This document shows, piece by piece, positions 23,451 to 36,295 of a DNA stretch of 64,000 nucleotides (position 1 is its first letter; each line of letters starts with the position of its first letter). The DNA comes from Hamiltosporidium tvaerminnensis FI-OER-3-3. Its lineage: Eukaryota; Fungi; Microsporidia. Location: assembly GCA_022605425.2 (NCBI GenBank), contig JAKIMF020000004.1, positions 372,001-436,000 on the forward strand, given 5' to 3'. The notes below the pieces were generated by a model. That model made no database searches, had not been told where the DNA came from, and saw only the letters and a list, made by a program, of their open reading frames with translations. The position numbers and the translations under genes were made by a program.

Positions 23451-23532
23451 CTACTTTACCTATTTAAAACCCTACACATCTTACACCCATCACCTATTTA
23501 AGATATTTCTTTACCAGATCTTCACCTAACCC

Positions 23533-25593
23533 ATGTTTCTAGACGAAGATATAAAAATAACACCTCTCGGTGCTGGTAATGAAGTAGGTCGTTCTTGTAT
23601 ACATATTGCATACAAAGAAACATCAATATTACTCGACTGTGGTGTACATCCAGCATATACAGGACTAAGTAGTCTACCATTTATAGATAAAATAGATTTA
23701 TCAAAAGTATCTGCTATACTAATAACGCATTTCCATTTAGACCATGCAGGCGGATTACCATTTTTCACTGAAAAAACAAACTTTCGTGGCAAAGTGTATG
23801 CCACGCATCCGACAAAAGTGATTTTAAAATATTTATTAAACGATTATATAAGAATAATCAACGCATCTTCAGACACCGATTTTTATACAGAAAGAGATCT
23901 TAAATCATGTATTGATAAGATAATACCTATCGATTACCATCAGGAAATAGATATTCATAAATTTAAAATTACTCCTTTAAATGCTGGCCATGTTTTAGGT
24001 GCTGCGATGTTTATTTTGGAAATAAATAAAACTAAAATTTTATATACTGGTGATTTTTCTAGGGAAGAAGACAGACATCTTAAATCTGCTGAATTGCCTT
24101 CATTTCCGTTAAATATTCTTATTACTGAGTCTACGTACGGTGTACAGTGTCATTTGCCGCGATGTGACAGAGAACAGAGATTTACATCTACGATACACAA
24201 TACTATTAAGAGAAATGGTAAAGTGCTTTTACCTGTCTTTGCTCTTGGAAGAGCACAAGAGTTACTTTTAATATTGGAAGAGTATTGGAATAACACACCT
24301 TCTTTACAATATATACCAATATATTATGCAAGTGCTCTTGCTAAGAAATGTTTGACAGTTTATCAAACGTATATTCATATGATGAATGATAAGATAAAAA
24401 TACAAGCTTTGACAAAAAATCCGTTTATTTTCAAACATATTCATAATTTAAAAGGAATAGAACATTATGAAGATAAAGGACCGTGTGTTATGATGGCAAG
24501 TCCGGGTATGTTACAAAGTGGGTTGAGCAGAGAACTTTTTGAGATGTGGTGTGAAGATTCTAATAATCATACAATTATACCGGGATATTGTGTACAAGGC
24601 ACACTCGCAAAGGAAATACTTACAGAACCAGAAGAAATAGACTCGATAAAAGGAAGTAAATTAAAACTCAGAATGGGTGTTTCGTATATTTCTTTCTCTG
24701 CACACGTAGATTTTATACAGAATGCAGAGTTTATAGAACATTGCAGTCCACAACACTTGTTCCTTGTACATGGAGAATTTACAGAAATGAGTCGATTAAA
24801 AAGTGCCTTGGCACACAGAGCAGCCCAAAGAAATGTGGAAATGCAAATTTACACACCAAAAAACTGTGAAACCACCGCAATACAAATCACAGGCGAAAGA
24901 ACCGTAAAAATTGTAGGAGAAGTTAAAGAAGAAAGCATTATTGAAGGAATAATAATAGCGAGTGGCAGAGGAGAAGTAAGAATAGTAAAGAGGGGAGGTG
25001 AAAGCATTGAAAATAAAAGAACGAATATGTTAGAAAATAAAATAACTGAAATAACCGAAATAACTGAAACTAATCAAATAACCAATGAAATGAAAGATAA
25101 ACCAACCAATGAAATATCAGAGAATAAATCTATCAACCTTAAGGATAAAATATCAGAGATAAAGGTAATACAAAGAGTTATAATAACAACAAATATAAAC
25201 AATTCAGTTATTAAAAGTACTTTATTAGATTTCTTTAGTAATTCATACGTTAAAGATAAAAATATATGGATTGGTGATATTAAGGTAAATTTAGAAGAAG
25301 AGAGTATAATATTAGAATGGAATAGTAATTATATAAATGATGTGATGGGATCCACTGTAGGAAGGGTTATAGAAGATGTAAGTAAAAAGATTACGTGTTG
25401 TTTGGGTAAAGAAGAAGCGTTAATAAAAGTACTTCGTAATTATTTTTATGTGGAACAAAATGATGGAGATATTCTTTGTCAGGGTGTTCGTATATGTTTG
25501 AGAAATGGTAGTTTTAGTGTCGAGAATGGTGAGGAACGTATTAGAGAGAAAGTTAGAGGTATCGTAGAGAGAGTAGGGTTTATATATGAGTAG
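23533..25593 (+). CDS. YSH1: Cleavage and polyadenylation specificity factor 73-kDa endonuclease (CPSF3/Ysh1)
   Basis: PLGAGNEVGRSC, LLDCGVHP, THFHLDH, AGHVLGAAMF, YTGDFSREEDRHL, ESTYG, PVFALGRAQELL, SFSAHVD and LVHGE: the MBL/beta-CASP motifs of CPSF73. CCC immediately before the ATG. Confidence 0.97.
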   Translation: MFLDEDIKITPLGAGNEVGRSCIHIAYKETSILLDCGVHPAYTGLSSLPFIDKIDLSKVSAILITHFHLDHAGGLPFFTEKTNFRGKVYATHPTKVILKYLLNDYIRIINASSDTDFYTERDLKSCIDKIIPIDYHQEIDIHKFKITPLNAGHVLGAAMFILEINKTKILYTGDFSREEDRHLKSAELPSFPLNILITESTYGVQCHLPRCDREQRFTSTIHNTIKRNGKVLLPVFALGRAQELLLILEEYWNNTPSLQYIPIYYASALAKKCLTVYQTYIHMMNDKIKIQALTKNPFIFKHIHNLKGIEHYEDKGPCVMMASPGMLQSGLSRELFEMWCEDSNNHTIIPGYCVQGTLAKEILTEPEEIDSIKGSKLKLRMGVSYISFSAHVDFIQNAEFIEHCSPQHLFLVHGEFTEMSRLKSALAHRAAQRNVEMQIYTPKNCETTAIQITGERTVKIVGEVKEESIIEGIIIASGRGEVRIVKRGGESIENKRTNMLENKITEITEITETNQITNEMKDKPTNEISENKSINLKDKISEIKVIQRVIITTNINNSVIKSTLLDFFSNSYVKDKNIWIGDIKVNLEEESIILEWNSNYINDVMGSTVGRVIEDVSKKITCCLGKEEALIKVLRNYFYVEQNDGDILCQGVRICLRNGSFSVENGEERIREKVRGIVERVGFIYE

Positions 25594-25845
25594 AGAGTAA
25601 ATTTTATTTTTAAGTAAAATGATTGTAGAGATAAAATATTAGATAAGGTGAGAGAGAAGGTAAGAGAGGGTTTAAGGTGGGAGTAATTAAAGTTAAATTG
25701 TTGATTTTTTAGAATTTTATAGTTTTATTTTGTAAGAAAATCTAATTTTAAATTTTTGTAGTTTAGGTATTAAAAAGAATTATTTTATTGAAACAAAATA
25801 CATCGAAAAACCGTTATCTTTGATATATAAAATATACTTTTTTAA

Positions 25846-25914
25846 ATGATTTTTTAATCTTTGTTAATAAAAAATAATAAATGATTTTTAATCTTAGTTA
25901 ATAAAAAATAATAA
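25846..25914. repeat. ~34-bp tandem duplication
   Basis: AATGATTTTT(T)AATCTT.GTTAATAAAAAATAATAA occurs twice. Confidence 0.75.
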
Positions 25915-26345
25915 ACAATATAGGGATTGATAGTCTATTGATCTAAAAAAATTTTAGATTTTTAAATCGTAAAGTCATAATGATATTTTTAGAATTTTTT
26001 TCCTTATTTAACAAGATAGCATATCATCGTTGCTGTCAGAGGAAAAATTGTATGATGTTTGGTTTATACATTTTAATTAGAAAAAATAGTATTTTGATGG
26101 TCTATATTATGAAGTAAAGTTATATTTGATTAGCTTTTTAAATGTTTTAATATGAATTATTTGTAAATATATATCGTTAGAAATATTTTTATTTGATTTG
26201 GATATTTGAGTACACATTATATTCTGAATAGTTTATTATAAAATTCAGAAATTCAATTTTTGTAAAATACAATTTAGAAATCTTAAATGATAATAAGAAA
26301 TAAAGTTTTATAATAATCTGAAGCAAAAAAAGGTAATTTGGAGGT

Positions 26346-26595
26346 AATTCATAGTTTATTACTCATAAATTACTATTTAAATATATTTACATGAATTTTA
26401 AAGTTGTATTATTATTTCTGTAATAAAAATTCATAGTTTATTACTCATAAATTACTATTTAAATATATTTACATGAATTTTAAAGTTGTATCATTATTTC
26501 TGTAATAAAAATTCATAGTTTATTACTCATAAATTACTATTTAAATATATTTACATGAATTTTAAAGTTGTATTATTATTTCTGTAATGAAAATT
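26346..26595. repeat. 82-bp tandem repeat, 3 near-identical units
   Basis: AATTCATAGTTTATTACTCATAAATTAC... starts at 26346, 26428 and 26510. Confidence 0.93.
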
Positions 26596-27057
26596 TTGTG
26601 TTTTCTTGATGAATTTATCCGAAAAATTTAAAAATTTGATTCTCAAAATCTGTTGGTTCTGATATTATAATGTTTATGAAATATATTTAAATTTAATTAT
26701 TTCATTAAATATTGTATCTGTCTTATACAAAGTGTTCATACGACTATTCTTTGTAAATTTAATTCAAATAAAAGAATTACTTAAGGTTTTTCTAAAACTT
26801 GTTTGAACTTTTTAGCTTAGAAAAGATAATATGAAATAAAAATATAGATAAATTAAAATTTATATTGGTAATGAATATAAATCGTAAGCAATAACAAATA
26901 ATATTTAAAATGTCTGTATTAAATATTTTATACTTATGAAACTTGATTTGGTTAGTATTAATGCATGTGTTACGGAAAATTTAAATAATATTTTTATGAA
27001 GTAGTAAAATAAATACAATTTTAAATTTGGAAACAGTAAAACCTTAATGTGGTCAAA

Positions 27058-29383
27058 TTATGATGGATTTAAATTAAATACGTGTATGAAATCAAGCATA
27101 TCGTTTGAAAATTCTTCTTTGAAATAATTAATAATGGTTTCTGAATTCTCATATTCCGATGTGTAAAAACAAGATATTTTACTTAAATTTTTAAGATTTT
27201 TACTGGTTATCAGTTTAAAACAATCGCAATTAAACTCACAATTTTTAAAAGTTAATTTTTTTAATATGGGTGGGTTTTTTAGAAATAAAATATCGTTACT
27301 GTATAGAAATATTTCTTCAAAATATATTTCTGTTATTGAGTATTCGGTAGAAGTGTCAAAAATATTACAGAAATATATATTATCGAATTTACAATTTGAT
27401 ATTTTTAAGGATTTCAATTTTTTTAGATGAGAAAATATATTTTGATTTTCTGTGTTTAGATTGAAATTTTTAAAGTTTAGATGTTGTATTTTAGGTGAAA
27501 TGATATCAGTAGTGCCATTTTTAAATCCTAGTATAGGATTATTTGAAAGAGTAAGGGATTCGGTGATTATAAATGGTTGTATAATGGGCAAAAAACTATT
27601 GATTTGCTTGATGTTTATAGAAATAAAAAAAATTTATGTTTTTTTGGGTAAAATATCAATTTCATCAAAGATGGGTTGTTTTTCAAAGATCGAAAAATCC
27701 ATATTTAGTTCCTCGAGGTTATCTATTAAGTTAATTATGTGCAAATACATCTGAATATGTAAAATGTTTGGAGTTTGTATTTTTAATATTCCAATTGAGT
27801 CGTTTTTGAAGTTAATTATTTCGTTTTTATCAATAAGTATTTCAACTTCACTTAGAGTTAGATCTTTAAGAAATTTAAACTCAAAAATGATTTTTAAAAT
27901 ACGCAAATTTATATCGCAATTTGAAATTTTAATTTTTCTGATACGATAATTTAGAAATAATTTCAATGAGTTTATTTCTTTTAATCTAGAGTTTTTAATT
28001 TGTAGATTCGATATATCTACAATCTTATTTTGTGAAATTATTCCATAAAATTTATAAATGAAATATTCGTAAACTGTGGAAGAAAAAAAATCGAAAAAAA
28101 TATTCTTAAATTCTCCTATAGACTGGTTATCGAGATTTAGGATGGATTCTAATGGCAATTCTTTGCTTGACATAGTTTCGACAAGGGTAAACGGAATTTT
28201 ATTTCCTTCGTATATTTCGTTTTCTGTTGCTCTATATAAAAGTCGTAAAAAATTCTCGCTTATATCAATGGATGAATAACTCTTCATATATTCAAACAAT
28301 ATTATGGAGCGTAAATTTACTATAGCTATCGACGCCAACTTAAACCTATCGCATTTTTTTGGATCAATTAAATACATATGTTTGATTTTTTTGAAAAAAT
28401 CACAATTGTTTATAAAACTTAATGTATTATCATCCAATCTTAACCAAAACAATATAACATCCTCGACTATATTAACGATTAAATCTAAAATTAAAGAAAT
28501 TTTCATCATGGTCTCACAATTTAATCTAAATATTTTTATTTTTTTGTAATTTAGAATATAAATCATAAAAATTACGTTATTTCGTAAAATTGTTGTGCTT
28601 TTTCGGCATAGTAGCAAATCTATAACCATTCTTTCATAAATGTATAATGAATTGCCGGTTTTGATTGAATAATGCTCTTTGAGGATACTTTGTATTTCAG
28701 AATAAAACGAACTATAATACCAAGGCTTTTTTTGATAAAGCCTGATTTCCAAATGAAAATTTAGTAAATATGTCAAAAATTAGAAACGACATTCTATCAG
28801 ATAATAGATTTTCATTCAGACTATTTAACAATTCTTCTTTTAGCAATTCAGTTTCTAAATTTAAAATATTCTTTAGAGAGAATAATAAAGATTCAATTAT
28901 TTTGACTAATGCTCGATCATATTTTACCTTAAGAGATTCCATAATGCAAGTATTAGAATAAAAAGTATTCAGACATAAATTGAAGCTAGGTAAATAGAAT
29001 GTGTTTAAAAAAAATTCAAATTTCTTAATTTCTGATTGCTTTATTTTATCATTTTCCTTTTTGTTCGTATCGTTTACTTTATTTTCGATGTACTCTTCTT
29101 CTTTTAAATTCAATGGGAATTTTTCTATATCAAATATTATAAACTTAATATCGGTATCATTATATTCAAAAAAATGAACATTGTGAATTCTCAACATTAT
29201 CTTCTTTTGTAGTTCGAACATATGTCGTATTACTTGTGATTATAAAATAGTCATCGCCAGTATTTTCTGAATCTCATTTGTATTAATTAATTTCGTAAAT
29301 AAAAATTTTCTCTCTATGTCTACGCATTTATTGTATTTATACAGTAAAATATGTAATAAAATGACGATTTTGCTATTTTTCAT
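27058..29383 (-). pseudogene. LRR-like family gene split by frameshifts (pseudogene or assembly indels)
   Basis: ATG at 29383 (MKNSKIVILLHILLY..., hydrophobic), then consecutive minus-strand ORFs 28712-29221, 27634-28776 and 27058-27591 with LRR-like units (LKKLKSLKISNC, LKDLTLSEV, LEELNMD). Total length is similar to the two intact paralog-like genes. Confidence 0.75.
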
Positions 29384-30191
29384 ATGCTTTCGGTTCCATT
29401 CCAAGTTAAACATTCAATGATATCCCATATTAAATCTCTTTTTATATAATAATAAAGTCTTAATTATATTTTACAAGAAATATGTGTTCTACTTAGAACT
29501 TTTTAAATCCAATTGCTCTTTTTTCAAAAATCAATCGTATTTTAGAATTTAAAAAAAAGACCATATTTAATTTACTTTTAACGGTTGAAATTTTCAAATC
29601 TAACGGATAAATAAATAATCTATTTTATATTCAATAAAAATAAGAAGACGGTCGAAACAATTTCTTTTGATCAACGAAGAGGACTTGAGTTTGGACCAAA
29701 TGCCGAAGGGTGCTGGGAGAGCATTATTAAGTGTTATTTTAGGAGCTGTGATTCATAAACAACCAACATTTCTTTTAAAGCAATTAGACAACGAGGAAGA
29801 TGGTGTTAAAACGGAAAATACAAAAAATATTTTACCCTTTATTTTGCATAGCATAACACAGCAAAGAAACCAACAACTAATACGAATGAAGAGTTGGTGA
29901 AAGAGATAGAAGTGGTTGAAATGGTGGAAAGGATTATTTAAAAAAGAAAAATTTGTTAGCCCAGAAATTTATTAAATATAACATTTTTTTTGGTTTTTTA
30001 TTTTATTTGATACAAATATAAAATTTTATTCTTTTAAACATTCATATAAATTATTCTTACCGATTCCCGGAAATACATGTTTTTAGTAATCGTTTTCATA
30101 AATAATCTTTTCATAGGAATTTGGTCAATTTAACCATACAAGCCACTAAGTTTCTCCTTCAAAATATTTACAATAATTGTTTTCTAATCTC

Positions 30192-30415
30192 TGTTGGAGG
30201 GTGGATACCAACTTTAAAACTATCTTCTTGGCAATATGTGGCTAGAATTATTTGAAAATTATTATTGAAATTTTAGTGGGATATAAACCACACTGGATCT
30301 ATAAGCCATTCTCCTATAATCCTAGGTTATACCAATTAAAAGAAATAAATTTGAAATTTATATGTTCATCCTCGACACCGAGATGTAACAAAGGGCAGGG
30401 ATAAGTAAATAAGTA
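30192..30415 (+). repeat. Family B element, internally deleted copy B2
   Basis: TGTTGGAGGGTGGATACC...CTTGGCAAT...GTGGGATATAAACCACACT (family-A head), then GCCATTCTCCTATAATCCTAGG and ATCCTCGA...GATAAGTAAATAAG, matching the B1 body. Confidence 0.6.
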
Positions 30416-31602
30416 AATTTCTTAATCTCTATTTCCTATTTTTTATACTTCATAATAAACTTTAATTTTAAAAACTAAAGCATATTCATTATATATTTAT
30501 AGTCCTTAATCTGGATATAGTTTCGGTTTCTGTATTACCCATCTTATCAAAACATTTTTTATACCCATTTTGATCTTTAAATTTAAAAGATATTATATTA
30601 ACATTTATTTCAAAAAATTAATATCTTTATAGATTATCTACCACTATATATAAAAAAATCCAACTGAATAATATGGAAGAACAATTTTAAAATTATTTTA
30701 GCGATTTTTCAGTATTTAATAGGTTTTCTTAGGAAATGTTTGATATAATCAAAAATCTTATTTGAATTATTATATTAAGAATTTAGCTTAATATTTTTTA
30801 GTTGAATTCTTGATCGTAAAAACCTATTCTTTATTAATAGGCAGTTAATAAAATTATAATATACATTTAATCTTTGCTCATCCTCATCTATAATAGTTTT
30901 TTTTTAGATATTTAAATACCTTGGTTTCATTATGTAATAAGGAATATTTTTCATAAAATTTTTTATGTGCTGATAGAAATGATTTGGATCCGAAAAAAAT
31001 AGTAAATATTCTAAACATCTAAATTTACAAAAATCAATACCACTTGCATCATTTTAATAGCCAGTTAAAAAGAAAGATAAATATATTAAAACTGTAAATC
31101 AAGTAATGTAAAAACCTAAAGACTTTTTTTTAGTTTTGAATTCGAAGCGAGAAGTTTTATACATTAAAAAAAGCAAATTAATTTAATTTAGAGACATTCT
31201 AGACTATTCCTGTAATTTATTTTATAAATTAAATGCAAATTGTTTTGCATTTCTACAACAAAAAAATAAAATTTTAAGATTTCTATAAAAGTATAAATCA
31301 GTCTTTAATAGTAGCAGTAAATTTATTCGAAAGACAAATTTTATAAATAATTTTTATATAAAAGACATTTTTAATGTATAAATTTGTAATATATTGATAA
31401 AAAAGACTATATTTTAGATAAAATATTCTGCATAAAAAAATTCGTTTCAATATTACTTTAATTAAATATATAAAAAGATGTCTGCAAATCTCAAATACTG
31501 AATTTACTAATATTAAAATTATTTTATATACAACGAAAACCAAAAGAAATAAAGAAAATATAAATTTATATCCAAATTATAGATAATTCTTTAATGAAAA
31601 AA

Positions 31603-32010
31603 CTAAATAAATTTATTAACCAGACATTCATAATTAATTCTTCCATCCGAATCGGGATTTAAAATTTGTAAAAGTTCTTCAATTTCTTCTTCACTTAATC
31701 TTTCAGATCCCTCACATAAAATACTTTTTAATTGACATACATTGATAAAACCGGTTTTTTCTGTATCAAAAGCTCTAAAAGACTCAAGCATATCATTATG
31801 AGTAATTTCATTTTGTTTTGCTCTCTGAGTCAACTCATAAAACTCTTCAAAATTCATATATTCCTTGTTATGATAATTAATAAGTGAAGAAACTAGTGAC
31901 TCTGTTACAGCATGTCCAGATTGTCGCAATAAAGAACCAAGAAGTGCGGACTCTACGGTTTCTTCTGGTTGTTTTGCATATAACTGAAATATATTTCTAT
32001 ACCTTTCCAT
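31603..32010 (-). CDS. EF-hand protein of the calmodulin superfamily, most like myosin essential light chain (Mlc1/Cdc4)
   Basis: C-lobe EF-hands FRAFDTEKTGFI and NPDSDGRINYE; degenerate N-lobe with LGSLLRQSG, typical of essential light chains. Confidence 0.85.
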   Translation of the reverse strand: MERYRNIFQLYAKQPEETVESALLGSLLRQSGHAVTESLVSSLINYHNKEYMNFEEFYELTQRAKQNEITHNDMLESFRAFDTEKTGFINVCQLKSILCEGSERLSEEEIEELLQILNPDSDGRINYECLVNKFI

Positions 32011-32059
32011 AATAACGGTTCAAAAAATATTAAAAAAAATGTTTTTTTTTAAAAAACCC

Positions 32060-32780
32060 ATAACCACATAAAAAACTTTCTGCTTGGCAATGAGTGTGTG
32101 AAACTGGTATTAAGATCATTGTTTGGATTTTTGGTGGGAATAAAACCACACTACATCTTCGGTTGTTCCATGGGAGTTGTTATGAAGAGGAGAGGTCTAA
32201 GAGATGGAGAAACTTTTTCTACAAATTTATTTCTAGCTTTTTATGGAACCAGATTGCAAACACCATTTTAAATTTTAGGAAATTGCCATGATAAAGCATG
32301 TAAACCTAGCCTTGCTCACTCGGGTTAGAAGACTTAGTGCCTGAGAGATATAAAACAAAAAAACATTTAAAGCCAGAAAAGCTAAGTAGCAGGTTATACC
32401 TGTTGGTATGACATTACACTGTCTAGGTGGACCCATGTAAATCTCTGAAATATATCTTAGCTAGAAGTTTATGGGGTTCCGAAAGTGTAGAGTAAGTGGG
32501 AATGCTGCATAGTCTTTGGGGGAGCCCAGGGGGGCTTCGATCACACTCCATGCAACGGACATTAACGAACTCCGGGCAACTGCCTCGCCTATTAATTAGG
32601 TTCTACACACCTGGTAGATGAAAGGCTTTGGGACGTAGGTATTGCAGGGGTTACTGATGGAGTTTTGGGGCAGCAGTTATTTATATTAAACCTAGAACTG
32701 CGTTAATGTCATGAAAACAAATATAACGCTTGCCACTGTTTAAAAAAAGATGTGATACTTTTAAATAAAGTTATATTTTT
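32060..32780 (+). repeat. Family A element, copy A2 (5'-truncated, with TSD)
   Basis: Highly similar to A1 but lacks the first ~12 nt. Flanked by AAAAA(A)CCCATAA at 32051-32063 and 32781-32792. Confidence 0.92.
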
Positions 32781-35649
32781 AAAAACCCATAAAACAATAA
32801 TTTTTTATATCGATTATAAGAATATTAGACTTTAAATGAGGTATTTATTATTCGAATATTTTTCTATGACAAATATTTAATAAAACTTTAATAGCTATAT
32901 TATGTTCGGCAAATATTTTTTATTGGATGGTTAAAATTAAGGTTAAAGCTATTTTTCCCAAATATTTTTATCTATAAAAAATAAATAAATGTATCGAGTC
33001 ACTTTACATAAAATTTACTTTAGGTGGTTTATCTGATTATAAACAATCTGAAAAGCTTTATTATTTTATGGTTAATCAAAACACAGAATTATTACTGAAG
33101 AATTGTTAATATCTCATATTCGATAAGTCAATTAATTTTGTTTAAAGAATATTTGATTTTATATTTCAGTCAGTAATGCGATTAAAATCATCAAATTTAT
33201 ATTAAATTAATTAAAAAATGTTTTAATTCCTAAATTAATCAATTATATAAGTAAAATATAAATTATCAATAAAGATATTTGATCATTAAAATGAAAAATA
33301 GGAAAAAAGTATATTTTCTGTTTATGATATTACATTTGGATAGATTTGTCTTTCAATAAAAAATCCAATATAGCTTTTATTCTTAAGCATTATTTTTTGG
33401 TATATCGAACTTTTATCTGAATCTGTTTGGGGATATTCTGATATTTTTTATAATATGTTGTGAGGTTGGATTTTCGGATAAAATGTCTATCTTTGAGATT
33501 TGAATATCGAAGGAATAAACAGAATACGTAGACACAATATTCATATTCAATAGAATTCTTAATGAAGAATCAATAAAATCTCAAAATGATGGTATGAAAA
33601 GGAAGTGAACGAAAATTTCTACTTAAAACCATAAAATGACATGAAATGTATTGCTAAAGAAGATTATTCCGTTTTCGAATATATTATAAATTTATTATCA
33701 TTTATTTAGAAATTATTTTTAGCGATATAATTATAATATTGGTTTTTCTTCGATTATTGACAAAACAACATGTGTTTATTAATTTAATTAAAAAATCTTT
33801 ATTTATAGCCAATAATTAGGATATTATGAATATATTAGCTAATTTGTCTTTTTATCAAATTGTGTTAAATTTTTAGGAAACATTCGTTTATTTAACATCT
33901 TAAATGATATATTTATAGTTGGGATGAGAAAAAATGTTTAATGATTGTATAATATGAGTAAAAATAGATCCTCATGATATTTGAAAGAGCAAATAAACTA
34001 AACCTTTTTTATGATTATGTTCCAAAGCAAGAATATATTACAAGCGTAAATTTTTTTTTCAATAGTAAAATAAATATTAATTAAGCTGTGAGGTATAAAA
34101 TAATAACTATTATATATAAATAAAATTACGACAATAGTAAACAGATAGCATTTTAATTTTTATTTTATTAGTATTTTTTAGACTTCTTTTTACAAGAAAA
34201 CAGGTACCATTAGATTTTGGGATAAGAAATGTCTACACATTATTTCCGTATGAAAATTTAGCAACTTAAATTTTCCCTCAAAAAATGAAATGTCAATGAT
34301 TTAATATTCATTATAAAATATAAGATATATTTTTTACAAATTGTAAAATATTATACTTTGAAGAATAAAAAATTCTATGATTAATACCATATAAATCTTT
34401 ATATCAAAATTTTATATAACCTCTCAAGTAAATTATTTGTAGATCTATTTCCGCTCTCTATCACCAACATGTTTTAAATGATAGAATTTCATTTATCAAA
34501 AAAGCTGAAATATTTTACTATGAATATAAGGCTTGAAAACTGATTTAGAAGAAAAAATAATAGGAACCTCCTAAATTTACTAACTAAATGCAGATTAGTA
34601 AGAATATAAAACCATGTGGTTTAAATCTATTATAATATGGATTCATATTATTTTTAAAGCAATGAAACTAATTCTAAAATATATTAATATTTACAAAACA
34701 AAATTTTTGAATTAAACCTGCATCGAATTAAAAAAAAAATATTTAAAACATTTTCAGAAAATAGAACATGTACCTTTTCTTAATTATAAAACACGAAGTA
34801 TAATGTAAGCTAAATAACGTGTGCATAGATTTGTAAGTGAACTTGGTGTATTGTTGCCTCGAAGGAATTTGTGATAGGAAACTATTGAAATTACAAAAGA
34901 AGCATTCATTGGCTTGAATGTGGAAGAATAAACAACCTTAACTTAGTAAAATGCGATTGCGTATCCTCTACAAAGCAAAAAATAAAAGATTTGTCTTAAA
35001 GAAAACAATATACCTAAGATTCATAATTCCAAAACTAATTCTCGTCAATTCTAGAATTACTTAGGTTAATAATGCAAGAGATTATAAAAAATAACAAAGT
35101 TATAAGTGTGGAGTTTAAGAATCCAATTTTTGATTAAAAAATGAGTAACTAACATTTCAAAAATAATTTATATACAGAATTCTTACATATAATTTAGAAA
35201 TTTAAATTGATTTTATTGTATATAGTGTCTAAAAATATAATAAACATGGAATAGATCAAAATTTATCTTTATTTCAGGCTTAAAAAATATTTAAATATGT
35301 TTATATTGTTTAAAAATGAATAGCAAATAGAAAAATCGCAGTTTTAAATCCCTATGTTTTTTTGTTGAGCGAAAAAAATATTTAGTTGTATATTATTAAA
35401 GAATATGGTTTTAAATGGCATTAAATCTAACAATACCAAACTTTCTTGAATTAAATAACTAAAAAAGCTCGTAAAGATATTTTATGAGAAGCTAAATTTC
35501 ATGGAAATATGTCTTATATTTAAAATAAGCTACTGATATCTGAAATATTTGTTTTTAATAAAAGATTTGCGAATGCTAAATCATATTTAGCAATAAAGAA
35601 ATATTACATTTCTATCTCTAAAAAAAACAAGAACAACCGACTCATTTAA

Positions 35650-36295
35650 GTTTTATTCAATAAAATTCAGGTAACAAACTTTAAGCTTTTAAATATTTTC
35701 TTCCACTATTTTAAAAACTTCACCTTTCTCTAAACCCTGCTATTTATTATATTTATTGTCGATTCTTCCACTGTGGTTACGCCATCAAAAGAAAAGCGTA
35801 AAATATTTTTTGTATTTTCCTTTTCAACACTATCTTCCTCGTTATTCAATTCTTTAAAATTAGTTAGTTGTTTATGCGTCTCGGCTCCTTCAATAACACA
35901 CAATGACAGACTTTCCTAACTCTCTTCAGCATTTTATCCTGATCAAAGTCTTCTTCTCGGATCAAAGAAACTTATTTCAACTATTTTCCGAATACTATCG
36001 ACAGAATCCGAGCCTCTATATTTGTAGATGTTTGTGGTCTTTTAACATACTTTTTATGGTATTTTGTTACAATATCAACCCAGGCCATCACATAAGAACT
36101 TATCTCCACATTACATTTCTAAAATAGATCTAAAATTTTGGATAACACGTCATAATTCCTAATTTTTTCTGTTTAACTATTTAAATGAGTCTAGAGAAGT
36201 GATAGTTACTTAAATGGGAGTTATTTTATTCTGCCTCTTGTCCCAAAACAATATAACTAGCCTGTTATTCCGGATTTGACATCAGTATTTTTCAC
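35650..36295 (-). mobile_element. 5'-truncated, degenerate RLE-LINE fragment related to 16524-20003
   Basis: Minus strand reads TDVK..NNRL..., YDVLS...KCNVEISSYVMAWVDIVTKYHKKYVKR, FDPRRRL and ends VEENI*. The 3' UTR TTACCTGAATTTTATTGAATAAAAC matches that of the long copy. Confidence 0.8.

Noticed and set aside
29667-29900. GC-richer 77-aa ORF fragment
   Set aside because: Non-ATG start and no recognisable motif; probably a relic that I cannot assign.
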